From: an uncultured virus (IMG/VR IMGVR_UViG_3300005680_000002)
Lineage: Duplodnaviria; Heunggongvirae; Uroviricota; Caudoviricetes
IMG/VR virus record: IMGVR_UViG_3300005680_000002
DNA: 64,000 nucleotides
Strand: one strand, 5' to 3'
Positions 8,677-18,529 of the stretch are shown in pieces (within the stretch, counting starts at the first letter, position 1; each line of letters opens with the position of its first letter). The notes beneath the pieces are model-generated. The model was not told the DNA's origin. It ran no database searches and saw only the letters and a program-made list of their open reading frames with translations. The position numbers and the translations under genes are program-made.

Positions 8677-9140
8677 GCAAGCGGGAACGCATCCTGCTGC
8701 GCGTCGAGCGCGGCGCACTGGTCCCGGCCGATGCGCACAGCCAGCAGCGCCTGCGGGAGAAGGGCTACCGCGTCGGCGACATCCTCGCCGCGGAACTCAT
8801 CAAGCCGCGCCACCCCGGGTTCTGGAGGCTGGCGCATCGCATCGGGACGCTGTGCGTGCAGAACGTCGATTCGTTCAGCAGTCTCTCGCCTCACCAGGCA
8901 ATCAAGAAGCTGCAATTCGACACCGGCCTATGGTGTGACATCACCGAGACGGAAATTCCGGGCCTGGGCGTTCTGGTGAGCCGCCAGCCGCGCTCGCTCG
9001 CGTTCGATAGCATGGAGCAGGGCGAGTTCTACGAGCTGATGAAGAGCCTGTGCCGGCACATCGCCGAGACCTACTGGCCGCACATGACCGCAGAGCAGGT
9101 ACAGGAGATGGCCGAATCGTTCATCGAGGAGGGAGCGTGA
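8673..9140 (+). CDS. NinB/DUF1367-like protein
   Basis: PRSLAFDSMEQGEFYE C-terminal motif; coupled to ninG. Confidence 0.6.
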   Translation: MSKRERILLRVERGALVPADAHSQQRLREKGYRVGDILAAELIKPRHPGFWRLAHRIGTLCVQNVDSFSSLSPHQAIKKLQFDTGLWCDITETEIPGLGVLVSRQPRSLAFDSMEQGEFYELMKSLCRHIAETYWPHMTAEQVQEMAESFIEEGA

Positions 9141-9337
9141 TCTGCGCCCACTGCCGCCGGCCCCTCAAGCACCCCGCCGCCGAGGTCGGCCGCATGCGGT
9201 TCGGCCGCATCTGCGCGCAGCGGCTGGGCCTGATCCCAAGCCCCGAGCCGCGCGGCCTTTTCGCTGGCATGAACCCGCCCGTGAAACGGGACCCATTCAC
9301 GCAAGACCTTTTCGCCGACAAGGACCAAGCCCAATGA
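9137..9337 (+). CDS. Small zinc-finger protein
   Basis: CAHCRRPL...FGRICA; GTG after GAGGAGG. Confidence 0.6.
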   Translation: MICAHCRRPLKHPAAEVGRMRFGRICAQRLGLIPSPEPRGLFAGMNPPVKRDPFTQDLFADKDQAQ

Positions 9338-9804
9338 CCGACACCGCAACCAGGCCAACCAAGTCAAACGCCGACATCGTCTTCGAGGCGATTCAAGACC
9401 TTTTCGCCCGAGAGCAGATCGTGACCAGGGAGACACTAGCCGAGCTCACCGGGCTGAAGCTGACGACGATCGACGATCGCCTGGGCTACCTGCTGGACAA
9501 CGGCCGCATCCGACGCGTGCAGCGCGGTGTGTTTGTCCCCCTGGAGCAGCACAAGCCCGCCCGCCCGATCTCGCGCACGCTTTGCCCCGACGGCACGACC
9601 GTGCTCGAGGTAGGCGACACGGTGATGATCCTCTCCCCGCGCGAGTCCCGCATGATCGGCGAGCTGATGGCTGGCAGCAGCCAGCAGTACGCCGCGATCG
9701 AGATCGGGCACGAGGCCGCGCGGCGCAATGCGGTGCTGTCGGCGCAGATCAGCGAAGTCCGCCGCGAAGTGGCACGCATGGGGCTCAGGGCGGAAGACGA
9801 GTAA
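9334..9804 (+). CDS. Winged-HTH protein, candidate late-gene activator
   Basis: VTRETLAELTGLKLTTIDDRLGYLLDNGRIRRVQRGVF wHTH; last gene of delayed-early operon. Confidence 0.65.
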   Translation: MTDTATRPTKSNADIVFEAIQDLFAREQIVTRETLAELTGLKLTTIDDRLGYLLDNGRIRRVQRGVFVPLEQHKPARPISRTLCPDGTTVLEVGDTVMILSPRESRMIGELMAGSSQQYAAIEIGHEAARRNAVLSAQISEVRREVARMGLRAEDE

Positions 9805-9812
9805 AAAAAGGC

Positions 9813-9841
9813 TTGCACTCTCTCTATATAGTGTGTATTAT
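9813..9841 (+). promoter_or_regulatory. Strong sigma70-type promoter of radC moron
   Basis: TTGCAC(9813-9818)-17 bp-TATTAT(9836-9841) in an AT-rich patch. Confidence 0.75.
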
Positions 9842-9887
9842 GCAATCACGGTGATCGCAGGGCGACACCACAGACAGGAGAGAGATC

Positions 9888-10409
9888 ATGACCGACCACA
9901 ACACCCTGACCGCCAAAACCGAGACCCGCGCGCAGTATGCGGTCAAGCGCGAGATCAACGCCGCCGCCGCGAATGAGGACGCAATCATCGCCCAAGCGCT
10001 CGAAATCCTGGCCCGGCGCATGCGCAACACCGGCATGATGATGGACTCGCCCGAGGTCGTCCGCGACTGGCTCCGCTTGCGTGTGGGCGGGAAGCCGCAC
10101 GAGGAGTTCGGCTGCATCTGGCTCAACACCCGGCACGAAGTCATCGAGGCCGGCGAGATGTTCCGCGGCACGCTCACGCAGACCAGCGCCTACCCGCGTG
10201 AGGTCGTGAAAGAAGCACTGCACCACAACGCTGCTGCGGTGATCTTCTACCACAACCACCCGAGCGGTGCGGCCGATCCGAGCCCGGCGGACGACATGCT
10301 GACGCGCCAACTCAAGGACGCGCTCAACTTGGTTGATGTGCGCGTACTCGACCACTTCGTCGTGACCGCCGAGGAGACAACCAGCTTTGCGGAAAAGGGG
10401 CTGCTGTGA
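9888..10409 (+). CDS. radC: RadC-family JAB/MPN metalloprotein
   Basis: HEEF...[18 protein letters not shown]...FYHNHPSG...PSPAD...[10 protein letters not shown]. Confidence 0.92.
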   Translation: MTDHNTLTAKTETRAQYAVKREINAAAANEDAIIAQALEILARRMRNTGMMMDSPEVVRDWLRLRVGGKPHEEFGCIWLNTRHEVIEAGEMFRGTLTQTSAYPREVVKEALHHNAAAVIFYHNHPSGAADPSPADDMLTRQLKDALNLVDVRVLDHFVVTAEETTSFAEKGLL

Positions 10410-10621
10410 TGAAGCAGACCAAGGGCCGGCAGACCCGCGACGGCGCCACCGTCCGGCGCGTCCAGGTGATGTTGGACGATGCGACGGTTGAGCGGGCAAG
10501 GGTTCTCGGCGACGGGAACCTGAGCCAAGGGATACGGCAGGCGATTGCAAGCTTGCCGAACGACACCGAGAAAGACGAACGCGGCATGATGGCCGCACAG
10601 GAAAAAGGAGAGGAATCATGA
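10406..10621 (+). CDS. Small ribbon-helix-helix-like DNA-binding protein
   Basis: [30 protein letters not shown]. Confidence 0.6.
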   Translation: MMKQTKGRQTRDGATVRRVQVMLDDATVERARVLGDGNLSQGIRQAIASLPNDTEKDERGMMAAQEKGEES

Positions 10622-10818
10622 GCATCCCGACCGCCAAGCAGCGCAACGCTTTCCCCGGCGACCGCACGGTCGTTTTTCAGTCCCCCGCCACCGACGTGGA
10701 CGGCAGAGAATGGCCAGCCGGCACGGAATTGACCCCAGCCGCCGGCGGCTACGACAACACCACCGGCGGCAGCTACCAGTCCTACACAAACGGCGTCCGC
10801 TTCGAGGGCCCCCGATAA
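10618..10818 (+). CDS. Hypothetical protein
   Basis: GGAGAGG RBS, ATGA coupling. Confidence 0.6.
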   Translation: MSIPTAKQRNAFPGDRTVVFQSPATDVDGREWPAGTELTPAAGGYDNTTGGSYQSYTNGVRFEGPR

Positions 10819-10837
10819 GGCCTGGTAAAGACCACAA

Positions 10838-10867
10838 AAGACCCCGCTTCGGCGGGGTTTTGTTTTT
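10838..10867 (+). terminator. Rho-independent terminator
   Basis: ACCCCGC-TTCG-GCGGGGT followed by T-rich tract. Confidence 0.9.
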
Positions 10868-10870
10868 GCG

Positions 10871-10913
10871 CCCCTCTGTAGGGCTAGACTCCCATGCCGC
10901 GGCTGTTGAGCAT
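10871..10913 (+). promoter_or_regulatory. Late promoter element copy 1 (upstream of terS)
   Basis: CCCCTCTGTAGGGCTAG + GAGCAT at 10908-10913. Confidence 0.7.
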
Positions 10914-10920
10914 GCCGCGC

Positions 10921-11550
10921 ATGACACGCAAGACCACCGCCACGACGAAGAAGGCCGCAGCCACCCCGAAGGCTGCGCGCAAGCTCGCGCCCATGCAAAG
11001 CGTCTTCGTCCAGGAATACCTGATCGACCTCAACGCCACCCAGGCCGCCATCCGGGCCGGGTACAGTGCAAAGACCGCCGAGCAGCAGGGATACCAGCTC
11101 CTGCAGAAACCTTCAGTGCAGGCCGCGATCGCGGCGCGACAGAAAGAGCGCGAACAGCGAACCGCCGTCACCGCAGACCGCGTGCTGCTTGAGGCCGCGC
11201 GCCTTGCGCTGTTCGACCCGCGCAAGCTCTTCAACGACGACGGCAGCCCGAAAGGCATCACCGAACTGGATGACGACACCGCCGCGGCCGTGGCCGGCAT
11301 CGAGGTTGTGGAGCAGTTCGAGGGATCAGGAAAAGATCGCGTCTTTGTCGGCTACCTCAAGAAGTACCGCATCGCCGACAAGAACTCGGCTCTCGAAAAG
11401 CTATTCCGCCACCACGGCCTCTACGAGCGCGACAACGAGCAGAAGACCGACCCGCTCACCAGCCTGCTGCACGCGATCGCTGGCGGCAACGGGAGCGCAT
11501 TCAAGCCGGTTGCCGACGATCCGGAGCGCGAAGAACGGGGCGAGGACTGA
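10921..11550 (+). CDS. terS: Terminase small subunit (alternative ATGs at 10894/10912)
   Basis: FVQEYLIDLNATQAAIRAGYSAKTAEQQGYQLL signature. Confidence 0.92.
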   Translation: MTRKTTATTKKAAATPKAARKLAPMQSVFVQEYLIDLNATQAAIRAGYSAKTAEQQGYQLLQKPSVQAAIAARQKEREQRTAVTADRVLLEAARLALFDPRKLFNDDGSPKGITELDDDTAAAVAGIEVVEQFEGSGKDRVFVGYLKKYRIADKNSALEKLFRHHGLYERDNEQKTDPLTSLLHAIAGGNGSAFKPVADDPEREERGED

Positions 11551-11553
11551 CGC

Positions 11554-13179
11554 ATGGCGATCGTGCGCAACGAGCCACTGTTGCCGCTGCCGACCACGGC
11601 CGAGGAACTTGCGCACTGCCTCGCCGATCCGGAGTGGCGCCTGTTCTCGGGCTGCCTCTACAAGATCATGGTCAAGGGCGACGACAAGATCCGCCCGGAT
11701 GGCACGATCGAAGAGGCGGACTCGTTCGTCTTGCCGTTCAAGCCCAACCGCGCCCAGCGCCGGTTCATCCGCAGGCTGTGGCATCGGAACCTGATCCTCA
11801 AGGCGCGGCAGCTCGGTTTCACGACGCTGGTCGCCGTGCTGTGGCTGGATCACGCCCTGTTCAACGCAAACCAGCGCTGCGGCATCATTGCCCAGGACCG
11901 CGAGGCGGCCGAGGCCATCTTCCGCGACAAGGTGCGGTTCGCCTACGACAACCTGCCGGCCGAGATCCGCGAGCGCTTCCCGCTCGAACGCGATGCCGCA
12001 TCAGAGCTCCTGTTCGCCCACAACAACAGCAGCGTGCGCGTGGCGACATCCATGCGCTCGGGCACGATCCACAGGCTGCACGTTTCCGAGTTCGGCAAGA
12101 TCTGCGCGAAGTACCCGGACAAGGCCCAGGAAGTCGTCACCGGCTCTATCCCCGCGGTCCCCATGAATGGCGTGCTGGTGATCGAGAGTACCGCCGAGGG
12201 CCGCGATGGCGACTTCTTCAAGATGGTGCAGATCGCCGAGGCCAACGAGGCCAGCCGCAAGGCGCTCACGGCGCGCGACTACCGGCTGCACTTCTACGCC
12301 TGGTGGATGGAGCCGAAGTATCGCATCGACGCCTACACGGTCGATCTGACGCGCGAGGACCACGAGTATTTCGAAAAAGTCGAGATCGAGGTCAAGAAGG
12401 CGCTCGGCCTGGATCTTCGTCTGGATGCCGAGCAGAAGGCATGGTACGTCGCAACCAAGCGCGCGGACTTCAGCGGCGCCGAAGAACGGATGTGGCAGGA
12501 GTACCCCTCCTACCCTGCCGAAGCCTTCCAAGTGAGCACCGAGGGCAACTGGTACGCGAAGGACATGATCGAGCTGCGAAAGCGTGGCGGCATCACCCGC
12601 GTGCCTCGCCTGGACCTGCCCGTCAACACGTTCTGGGACATCGGCAACTCGGACGGCACCGCGATCTGGTTCCACCAGGACTTGCGCGGCGAGGATCGGT
12701 TCATCGACTACTACGAAGGGCACAACGAGGATCTGCGCCACTACGTCGCCGAGCTCCGCGCAAAGGGTTTCGTTTTCGACACCCACTACCTGCCGCACGA
12801 TGCCGACCACAAGCGCCTGTCCGACTACAACCGCAGCACGCGCGAGATGCTGCAAGACCTCATGCCCGGCGAGCGATTCGCCATCGTTCCGCTCATCACC
12901 GAGTTGGTGACCGGCATCCAGCAGACGCGCAAACACCTCAAGGGCGCGTACTTCGATGAGACCGGGTGCGACAAGGGCATCAAGCGCATCGAGGGCTACC
13001 GCAAACGCTTCAACCGCGCTGAAGGCCGCTACACGAGCGACCCGGACAAGTCCAACGGATGCAGCGAGGGCGCCGACGCCCTGCGCCAGTGGGCGCAAGC
13101 CAAAGAGCTGGGCATGGTGGGCAGCGCATCCAAGCAACAGACCTACGACGAACCCCCGCCGCCCGACTGGCGCACCTGA
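11554..13179 (+). CDS. terL: Terminase large subunit
   Basis: ILKARQLGFTT Walker A, LHVSE Walker B, IESTAEG, WDIG and LPHD nuclease motifs. Confidence 0.93.
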   Translation: MAIVRNEPLLPLPTTAEELAHCLADPEWRLFSGCLYKIMVKGDDKIRPDGTIEEADSFVLPFKPNRAQRRFIRRLWHRNLILKARQLGFTTLVAVLWLDHALFNANQRCGIIAQDREAAEAIFRDKVRFAYDNLPAEIRERFPLERDAASELLFAHNNSSVRVATSMRSGTIHRLHVSEFGKICAKYPDKAQEVVTGSIPAVPMNGVLVIESTAEGRDGDFFKMVQIAEANEASRKALTARDYRLHFYAWWMEPKYRIDAYTVDLTREDHEYFEKVEIEVKKALGLDLRLDAEQKAWYVATKRADFSGAEERMWQEYPSYPAEAFQVSTEGNWYAKDMIELRKRGGITRVPRLDLPVNTFWDIGNSDGTAIWFHQDLRGEDRFIDYYEGHNEDLRHYVAELRAKGFVFDTHYLPHDADHKRLSDYNRSTREMLQDLMPGERFAIVPLITELVTGIQQTRKHLKGAYFDETGCDKGIKRIEGYRKRFNRAEGRYTSDPDKSNGCSEGADALRQWAQAKELGMVGSASKQQTYDEPPPPDWRT

Positions 13180-13194
13180 CCACAACCGGAGCGC

Positions 13195-15459
13195 ATGATG
13201 CTCGCCGAACAGACCAACGCCACCGACCAGACCGAGCTACAAGACGCCGACGCGCCCATCACCGTTGACGAGTTCGCGCAGTTCGTCCGCGAGGCGATCA
13301 ACCAGCCGCCATGGCGCGCGAACGCGGACAAAGAGGCCGACTACGCCGACGGCAACCAGCTCGACTCCGACTTGCTGAAGAAGCAGGCGCAGCTTGGCAT
13401 CCCGCCCGCGAAGGAAAACATCATCGGCCCCGCGATCCGCGCAGTGTGCGGCTACGAAGCCAAGACCCGCACCGACTGGCGCGTGACGCCCGACGGCGAC
13501 CCAGGCGGGCAGGACGTGGCAGACGCGATGAACTACCGGCTCAACCAGGCCGAACGCCACTCGCACGCCGACCGCGCGCTGTCCGACGCATTCCGGCCGG
13601 CTGCCACTGTCGGCATCGGCTGGGTGGAAGTGACGCGCGCATCGAACGCCTTGCAGTTCCCGTACAAGTGCCGCGCCGTGCACCGCAATGAAATCTGGTG
13701 GGACATGCAGAGCGTCGAGCCGGACCTGTCGGATGCCCGCTGGCTCTTCCGCCGCCGCTGGGTGGATCGCCAGCGCGCCGCGCGCATGTTCCCCGAACAC
13801 ACCACGATCATCATGCACTCCGCGGACAAGTGGATCGCGGATCTGGCCGGCGAAATGCTCGAGGGTGGGCAATCGACCGGGCTTGCCCAGGCGATCGACG
13901 CCGAGCGCGCATGGACGGTGCAGGAGGATGCTTGGTACAACGACGAGAACCAGCAAGTCTGCCTGACCGAACTCTGGTACCGCCGATGGGCCGAAGTCAC
14001 AATTCTGCGCGCACACACCGGCCGCGCCGTCGAGTACGACCCAGCCAACCCGGCCCACGATGCGATGGTGCAGTCGCGCCGCGGCGTTCTCGAGCGCCAG
14101 ATCATCCCGAAGATGCGCCGCGCGTACTTCATGGGGCCGCATGTGCTGGATGACGGCCCGACGCCGCACCCGCATGAGAATTTCCCCTACGTGCCTGTGT
14201 GGGGCTCGCGTGAGGACATGACCGGCATCCCCTATGGCCTCGTGCGCGACATGCTCTTTCCGCAGGACAATCTCAACGCCAGCATTTCCAAGCTGCGCTG
14301 GGGAATGTCCGCTTCGCGCACCGAGCGCACCAAGGGCGCCGTAGCCATGCCCGACGAGGTATTCCGACGCATGGCTGCCCGCGTCGACGCCGACATCATC
14401 CTGGACGCCGATCACATGGCCCGGCCAGGCGCGCGGTTCGAGGTCAAGCGGGATTTCCAGCTCAATCAGCAGCAATTCGAGCTCATGAATGACAGCCGGC
14501 GCGCGATGGAGCGCGTTTCGGGCGTGACAGCCGCGTTCATGGGCCAGAAAGGAACGGCCGCATCGGGCATCCAGGAGCAGACGCAGCTTGAGCAGTCCCA
14601 GGTCTCCGTCGCTGACCTGATGGACAACTTCAAGGAGGCCCGCCGGCAAGTCGGCGAGCTGCTGATGGCACTCATCCTGCACGACATGGGCCGCGAGGAG
14701 CAGACGGTCGTGATCGAGGGCGACACGCTCAACCCGCCGCGCTCAGTCGTGCTCAACAAGCCCGAGATCGACCCGGCAACCGGCATTCAGTACCTGAGCA
14801 ACGACGTGCAGCGCACGCGTCTGATGGTCGCCATGGAGGACGTGCCAAGTTCGAGCAGCTTCCGCGCGCAGCAGCTTGCCGCGCTGTCCGAAGCGGTGAA
14901 GTCGCTCCCGCAGGATCTTCAGACCGTGGTGATGCCGTTCATGATCGACCTGATGGACTTGCCGCGCAAACAGCAGATCGTGGAAGCCATCCGGCAGGCA
15001 AGCGGACAGGCCAACCCTGAGCAACTGCGCGAGCAGATCAAGGAGGAGCTGATGTTCGAGCTCAAGGAGCGCGAGCTCGCGCTGCGCGAGCGCGAGATTG
15101 CCGCGAAAGAAGCGGAGTATCGTGCGCGCGCAGTCAATGTCGGCGTGACGAGCACGTTTGCAGCAATGCAGGCCGCAGAAAAGATCGCGCTGAATCCCGC
15201 CATCGCGCCGGTGGGCGACATCGTTCTCAAGCAGGCCGGGTGGCAGCCGCCTAATCCTGTCGGTCAAGACCCGAACATCCCAGCGCCAGAAGCTGCGATG
15301 CAAGTCGACGCGCCCGGAGGCCTGCCGGGCGACACGACGCCGACGACTCCGGACGTTCCGACGAGCGCAGACATTGGCGCGAATGAAGGAATCGAGACGC
15401 TGCGGATGGATCAAGGGATCGAGACGTCGGCCACGGCCGACAACCTACCGCCAGTCTGA
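13195..15459 (+). CDS. Portal protein (P22/N4-like)
   Basis: 754 aa after terL; DYADGNQ, GIGWVEV, PYGLVRDM..PQD, ASGI motifs. Confidence 0.85.
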   Translation: MMLAEQTNATDQTELQDADAPITVDEFAQFVREAINQPPWRANADKEADYADGNQLDSDLLKKQAQLGIPPAKENIIGPAIRAVCGYEAKTRTDWRVTPDGDPGGQDVADAMNYRLNQAERHSHADRALSDAFRPAATVGIGWVEVTRASNALQFPYKCRAVHRNEIWWDMQSVEPDLSDARWLFRRRWVDRQRAARMFPEHTTIIMHSADKWIADLAGEMLEGGQSTGLAQAIDAERAWTVQEDAWYNDENQQVCLTELWYRRWAEVTILRAHTGRAVEYDPANPAHDAMVQSRRGVLERQIIPKMRRAYFMGPHVLDDGPTPHPHENFPYVPVWGSREDMTGIPYGLVRDMLFPQDNLNASISKLRWGMSASRTERTKGAVAMPDEVFRRMAARVDADIILDADHMARPGARFEVKRDFQLNQQQFELMNDSRRAMERVSGVTAAFMGQKGTAASGIQEQTQLEQSQVSVADLMDNFKEARRQVGELLMALILHDMGREEQTVVIEGDTLNPPRSVVLNKPEIDPATGIQYLSNDVQRTRLMVAMEDVPSSSSFRAQQLAALSEAVKSLPQDLQTVVMPFMIDLMDLPRKQQIVEAIRQASGQANPEQLREQIKEELMFELKERELALREREIAAKEAEYRARAVNVGVTSTFAAMQAAEKIALNPAIAPVGDIVLKQAGWQPPNPVGQDPNIPAPEAAMQVDAPGGLPGDTTPTTPDVPTSADIGANEGIETLRMDQGIETSATADNLPPV

Positions 15460-15476
15460 GCGGCCCCCGCAACAAA

Positions 15477-15503
15477 GAGAGCCCGCCACGAGCGGGCTTT
15501 TTT
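15477..15503 (+). terminator. Rho-independent terminator
   Basis: AGCCCGC-CACGA-GCGGGCT + T tract. Confidence 0.85.
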
Positions 15504-15556
15504 GCGCCCGCGTTTTCTGCCAACTTTCCGCTATCCGTGCACATGCCCAATCCTTA

Positions 15557-15599
15557 CCCCCTGTAGGGCTGGAGCCTTGTGCATTCGCCCAACCAAACT
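15557..15599 (+). promoter_or_regulatory. Late promoter element copy 2 (upstream of scaffold/capsid)
   Basis: CCCCCTGTAGGGCTGG + CAAACT at 15594-15599. Confidence 0.75.
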
Positions 15600-15635
15600 G
15601 CCCGCGCAATGTTGCCCGCACTTGGATAAGCGCAA

Positions 15636-16607
15636 ATGAGCATGACCGCCGCCGAACTCCTCGAAGCCGCCCTGGACGGGACGCTTCAGGACGATGACGC
15701 ACCCACCGAGCAGCCGGACGCCAGCACCGATGACGTGCCCGCTGCCGCCGCACCCGAAGGTCAGGACGAGCAGGAGGCCGGCAGCGCAGAGACGGAAGTC
15801 GAGGGCGCGCCGATCCTGAGCAAGTCCGGCGCCTACACCATCCCCTACGAGAAGCTGGCCGAGGCCCGCGAAGCCCGCAAGGCCGCGCAGGACCGTATTG
15901 CGCAGCTTGAGCAGCAGGTCGCCGAGCTGACCGGAGCGCAGCGCCAGAACCTCGCCGCCGTGCAGGCCGATGCGCAGGACCGCGCGAACGCCGGCCAGGC
16001 GCAGACCGCCACCGATGCCAATCTTGCGGCTGCCACCCAGGCGATTGCCGAAGGCGTCGACCTGTCGATCTTCGGTGACTTCTCGGAAGAGGATCTTGCG
16101 AAGGGGGTCGCCGAGCTCAATCGGCGCGCCATGGTCCAGGTCGAGCAGCGGCTGATGGCTGCACTGGACGATCGACTCGCTCCCCTACGTGCGCAGGAAG
16201 CCAAGACGGCGACCAGCGCCCACTACGACGCCATCTACGCCGCCCACAAGGACGCGGACGAGATTGTCGAGTCGGCCGAGTTCGCCGCGTGGCGCGCCAA
16301 CCTGCCCGCGTTCGCCAAGGCCGGCGTCGAGCACGCGCTCACCAAGGGCAGCGCGCAGGACGTGATCGAGGTTTTCGACGAGTTCCGCGCCACCAAGCCG
16401 CCGCAACCCAACACCAGCACCGCACGCACCGCGCCGGAGGCGCCTGCCCGTCGTGTGCCGAACTCCCTGTCCGACGTGCCCGGAGCGGCGCCCATGGACG
16501 AAACGCAGCAGACCCTCGCCGCAGCCGGCAACACGTCCGCCTTGCTCGACCGCATGGCCGCGATGAGCCAGGAGCAGCGCGACGCCCTGCTGGACAACCT
16601 CATTTGA
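15636..16607 (+). CDS. Capsid scaffolding protein
   Basis: Acidic N-terminus, coiled coil, immediately upstream of capsid gene. Confidence 0.75.
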   Translation: MSMTAAELLEAALDGTLQDDDAPTEQPDASTDDVPAAAAPEGQDEQEAGSAETEVEGAPILSKSGAYTIPYEKLAEAREARKAAQDRIAQLEQQVAELTGAQRQNLAAVQADAQDRANAGQAQTATDANLAAATQAIAEGVDLSIFGDFSEEDLAKGVAELNRRAMVQVEQRLMAALDDRLAPLRAQEAKTATSAHYDAIYAAHKDADEIVESAEFAAWRANLPAFAKAGVEHALTKGSAQDVIEVFDEFRATKPPQPNTSTARTAPEAPARRVPNSLSDVPGAAPMDETQQTLAAAGNTSALLDRMAAMSQEQRDALLDNLI

Positions 16608-16627
16608 ACCCATAGGAGTCATCGACC

Positions 16628-17923
16628 ATGACCACCAAGACCAACGTCCCGGCTTCCGCCGCGGATAAGCAGCGCGTCCTCGCCGCGGGCCTCTTTGCCC
16701 AGGCGATGCAGCGCAACAGCACCATGGGCCGACTGTCCGGCCCCATGCCCAAGGGCGAGGCCGGCGCCGGGGAAGTCGTGCGCAAGCAGACCAGCACCGA
16801 TCTGCCGATCGTCAAAACCATGGACCTGTCGCGCGGCAAGGGCGACGAGGTCGAATTCCAGTTCCTGCAGCCCGTCGGCGCTTACCCGATCATGGGCAGC
16901 GAGACGGCCGAGGGCAAGGGCACCGGCCTGAGCTACGACACCGCCCGCGTGCGCGTCAATCAGGCGCGGTTCCCGGTCGATCTCGGCGACACCATGACGA
17001 CCATCCGGTCGGCCGTGGATTTCCGCCGCCTGGGCCGTCCGGTTGCGCAGTCGCTGATGGACAGCTACATGGACCAGTCCCTGCTGGTGCACATGGCTGG
17101 CGCGCGCGGCTTCCACGACAACATCGAGTGGCGCATCCCGGTCGCCGCCAACCCGAAGTTTGCCGCCATGGCGGTGAACCCGGTCAAGGCGCCGACCAAA
17201 AACCGCCACTTCATCGCCGACGGCACCAACGGCATCATCCCGTTCGCGCTCTCGGGTGCGGATGTGGACATTGCGACCACCGACCTTCTGAGCATGGACG
17301 TGGTGGATGCGATCCGCACGACCATGGAGTCGATCGCCCTGCCGCCGCCGGCCGTGAAAATCCCGGGTGACGTGGTGGCCGAGGATGATCCGCTGCGCGT
17401 CCTGCTGGTCTCCCCGGCGCAGTACCACTCGTTCGCCCAAGACCCGAACTTCCGCCAGTTCCAGGCCAACGCCCTGGCGCGCGCGAGCAAGGCCAAGCAG
17501 CACCCGCTGTTCCTGGGCGAGTGCGGGCTGTGGAACGGCGTCCTCATCATGAAGATGCCCAAGCCGATTCGCTTCTACGCGGGCGACGCCATCAGCTACT
17601 GCACCAGCCATACCGCCGAGACCGAGGCGACCGCGCTTGTGCCGGCCGGCTTCGGCACGACCCACGCGATCGATCGCGCCATCCTGCTGGGCGGCCAGGC
17701 GATCGCCCAGGCGTTCGCTGCGTCCGGTCACGGCGGCATGCCCTTCTTCTGGAAGGAGAAGGAGTTCGACCACGACGACAAGATGGAACTGCTGATCGGC
17801 GCCATCCAGGGCATCAGCAAGGTGCGCTGGCTGGTCGACCAGGGCAACGGCGTGAAGCACTACACCGACCACGGCATCGTCGCCATCGACACCGCCGTGC
17901 CCATCATCGCCGCGCGCCAGTAA
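16628..17923 (+). CDS. Major capsid protein (N4-gp56/DUF4043-like)
   Basis: 431 aa; DLSRGKGDEV, EGKG..LS, HPLF.G..GLWNGVLI, RAILLGGQA. Confidence 0.87.
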   Translation: MTTKTNVPASAADKQRVLAAGLFAQAMQRNSTMGRLSGPMPKGEAGAGEVVRKQTSTDLPIVKTMDLSRGKGDEVEFQFLQPVGAYPIMGSETAEGKGTGLSYDTARVRVNQARFPVDLGDTMTTIRSAVDFRRLGRPVAQSLMDSYMDQSLLVHMAGARGFHDNIEWRIPVAANPKFAAMAVNPVKAPTKNRHFIADGTNGIIPFALSGADVDIATTDLLSMDVVDAIRTTMESIALPPPAVKIPGDVVAEDDPLRVLLVSPAQYHSFAQDPNFRQFQANALARASKAKQHPLFLGECGLWNGVLIMKMPKPIRFYAGDAISYCTSHTAETEATALVPAGFGTTHAIDRAILLGGQAIAQAFAASGHGGMPFFWKEKEFDHDDKMELLIGAIQGISKVRWLVDQGNGVKHYTDHGIVAIDTAVPIIAARQ

Positions 17924-17988
17924 CGCGACCACCTGAGCAACAGGGCGCCGCCTGACCCGGTGGCGCCCGCCAAGGAGAACTGAACACC

Positions 17989-18471
17989 ATGGCTACCATC
18001 ACCAAGCTCGGCATCCCCGACCCGTCCAACCAACTCGGCGCGGCGCCCTACGGCAACCTGACCGCGTTCCGCTACACCCTGAAGACCATCGCTTCGGGAG
18101 CCGTGGAGGGTGGCGACTCCGCTGCCGCCGTGGCCGCTGGCGACGTCGTGAAGATCGGCCTTCTGCCGGCCGGCTTTCGCCTGATCGACAGCGAGATCGT
18201 CGTCAAGACCGGCCTCACCGCCACCATCACCGCCAAAGTGGGCTTTGCCTACGCCGACGGCGTGGATTCGACGGCCGTGCCGCAAGACGACGACTTCTTC
18301 GGCACCGGCATCACGGTTGCGACCGCCGGCCGCTACCGCAACGCGACCAGCAACCCCAGTGTGACCCTGCCGAAAGAGGCGTGGCTGACCCTGACCACTG
18401 CGGTCGCAGCCAACGCCAAGGCGGCGGAGCTGGAAATCATCGTCTTCGCCATCAACGAAGGCGTGGCGTAA
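17989..18471 (+). CDS. Virion protein, probable capsid decoration/cement
   Basis: beta-rich 160 aa after MCP, AAGGAG RBS. Confidence 0.65.
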   Translation: MATITKLGIPDPSNQLGAAPYGNLTAFRYTLKTIASGAVEGGDSAAAVAAGDVVKIGLLPAGFRLIDSEIVVKTGLTATITAKVGFAYADGVDSTAVPQDDDFFGTGITVATAGRYRNATSNPSVTLPKEAWLTLTTAVAANAKAAELEIIVFAINEGVA

Positions 18472-18529
18472 CTGCCATGAATCGGCCGGCTGGGCGATCC
18501 CCGGCTGGCCGATTGCACAAGAGGACAGC

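Noticed and set aside
10871..10887. CCCTGTAGGG motif as the pac/cos site
   Set aside because: Occurs four times at operon heads with constant spacing to a -10-like hexamer, which fits promoters better
11554..13179. Intein or intron in terL or in the giant helicase
   Set aside because: Lengths and motif spacing look normal; no C...HN splice motifs or LAGLIDADG seen
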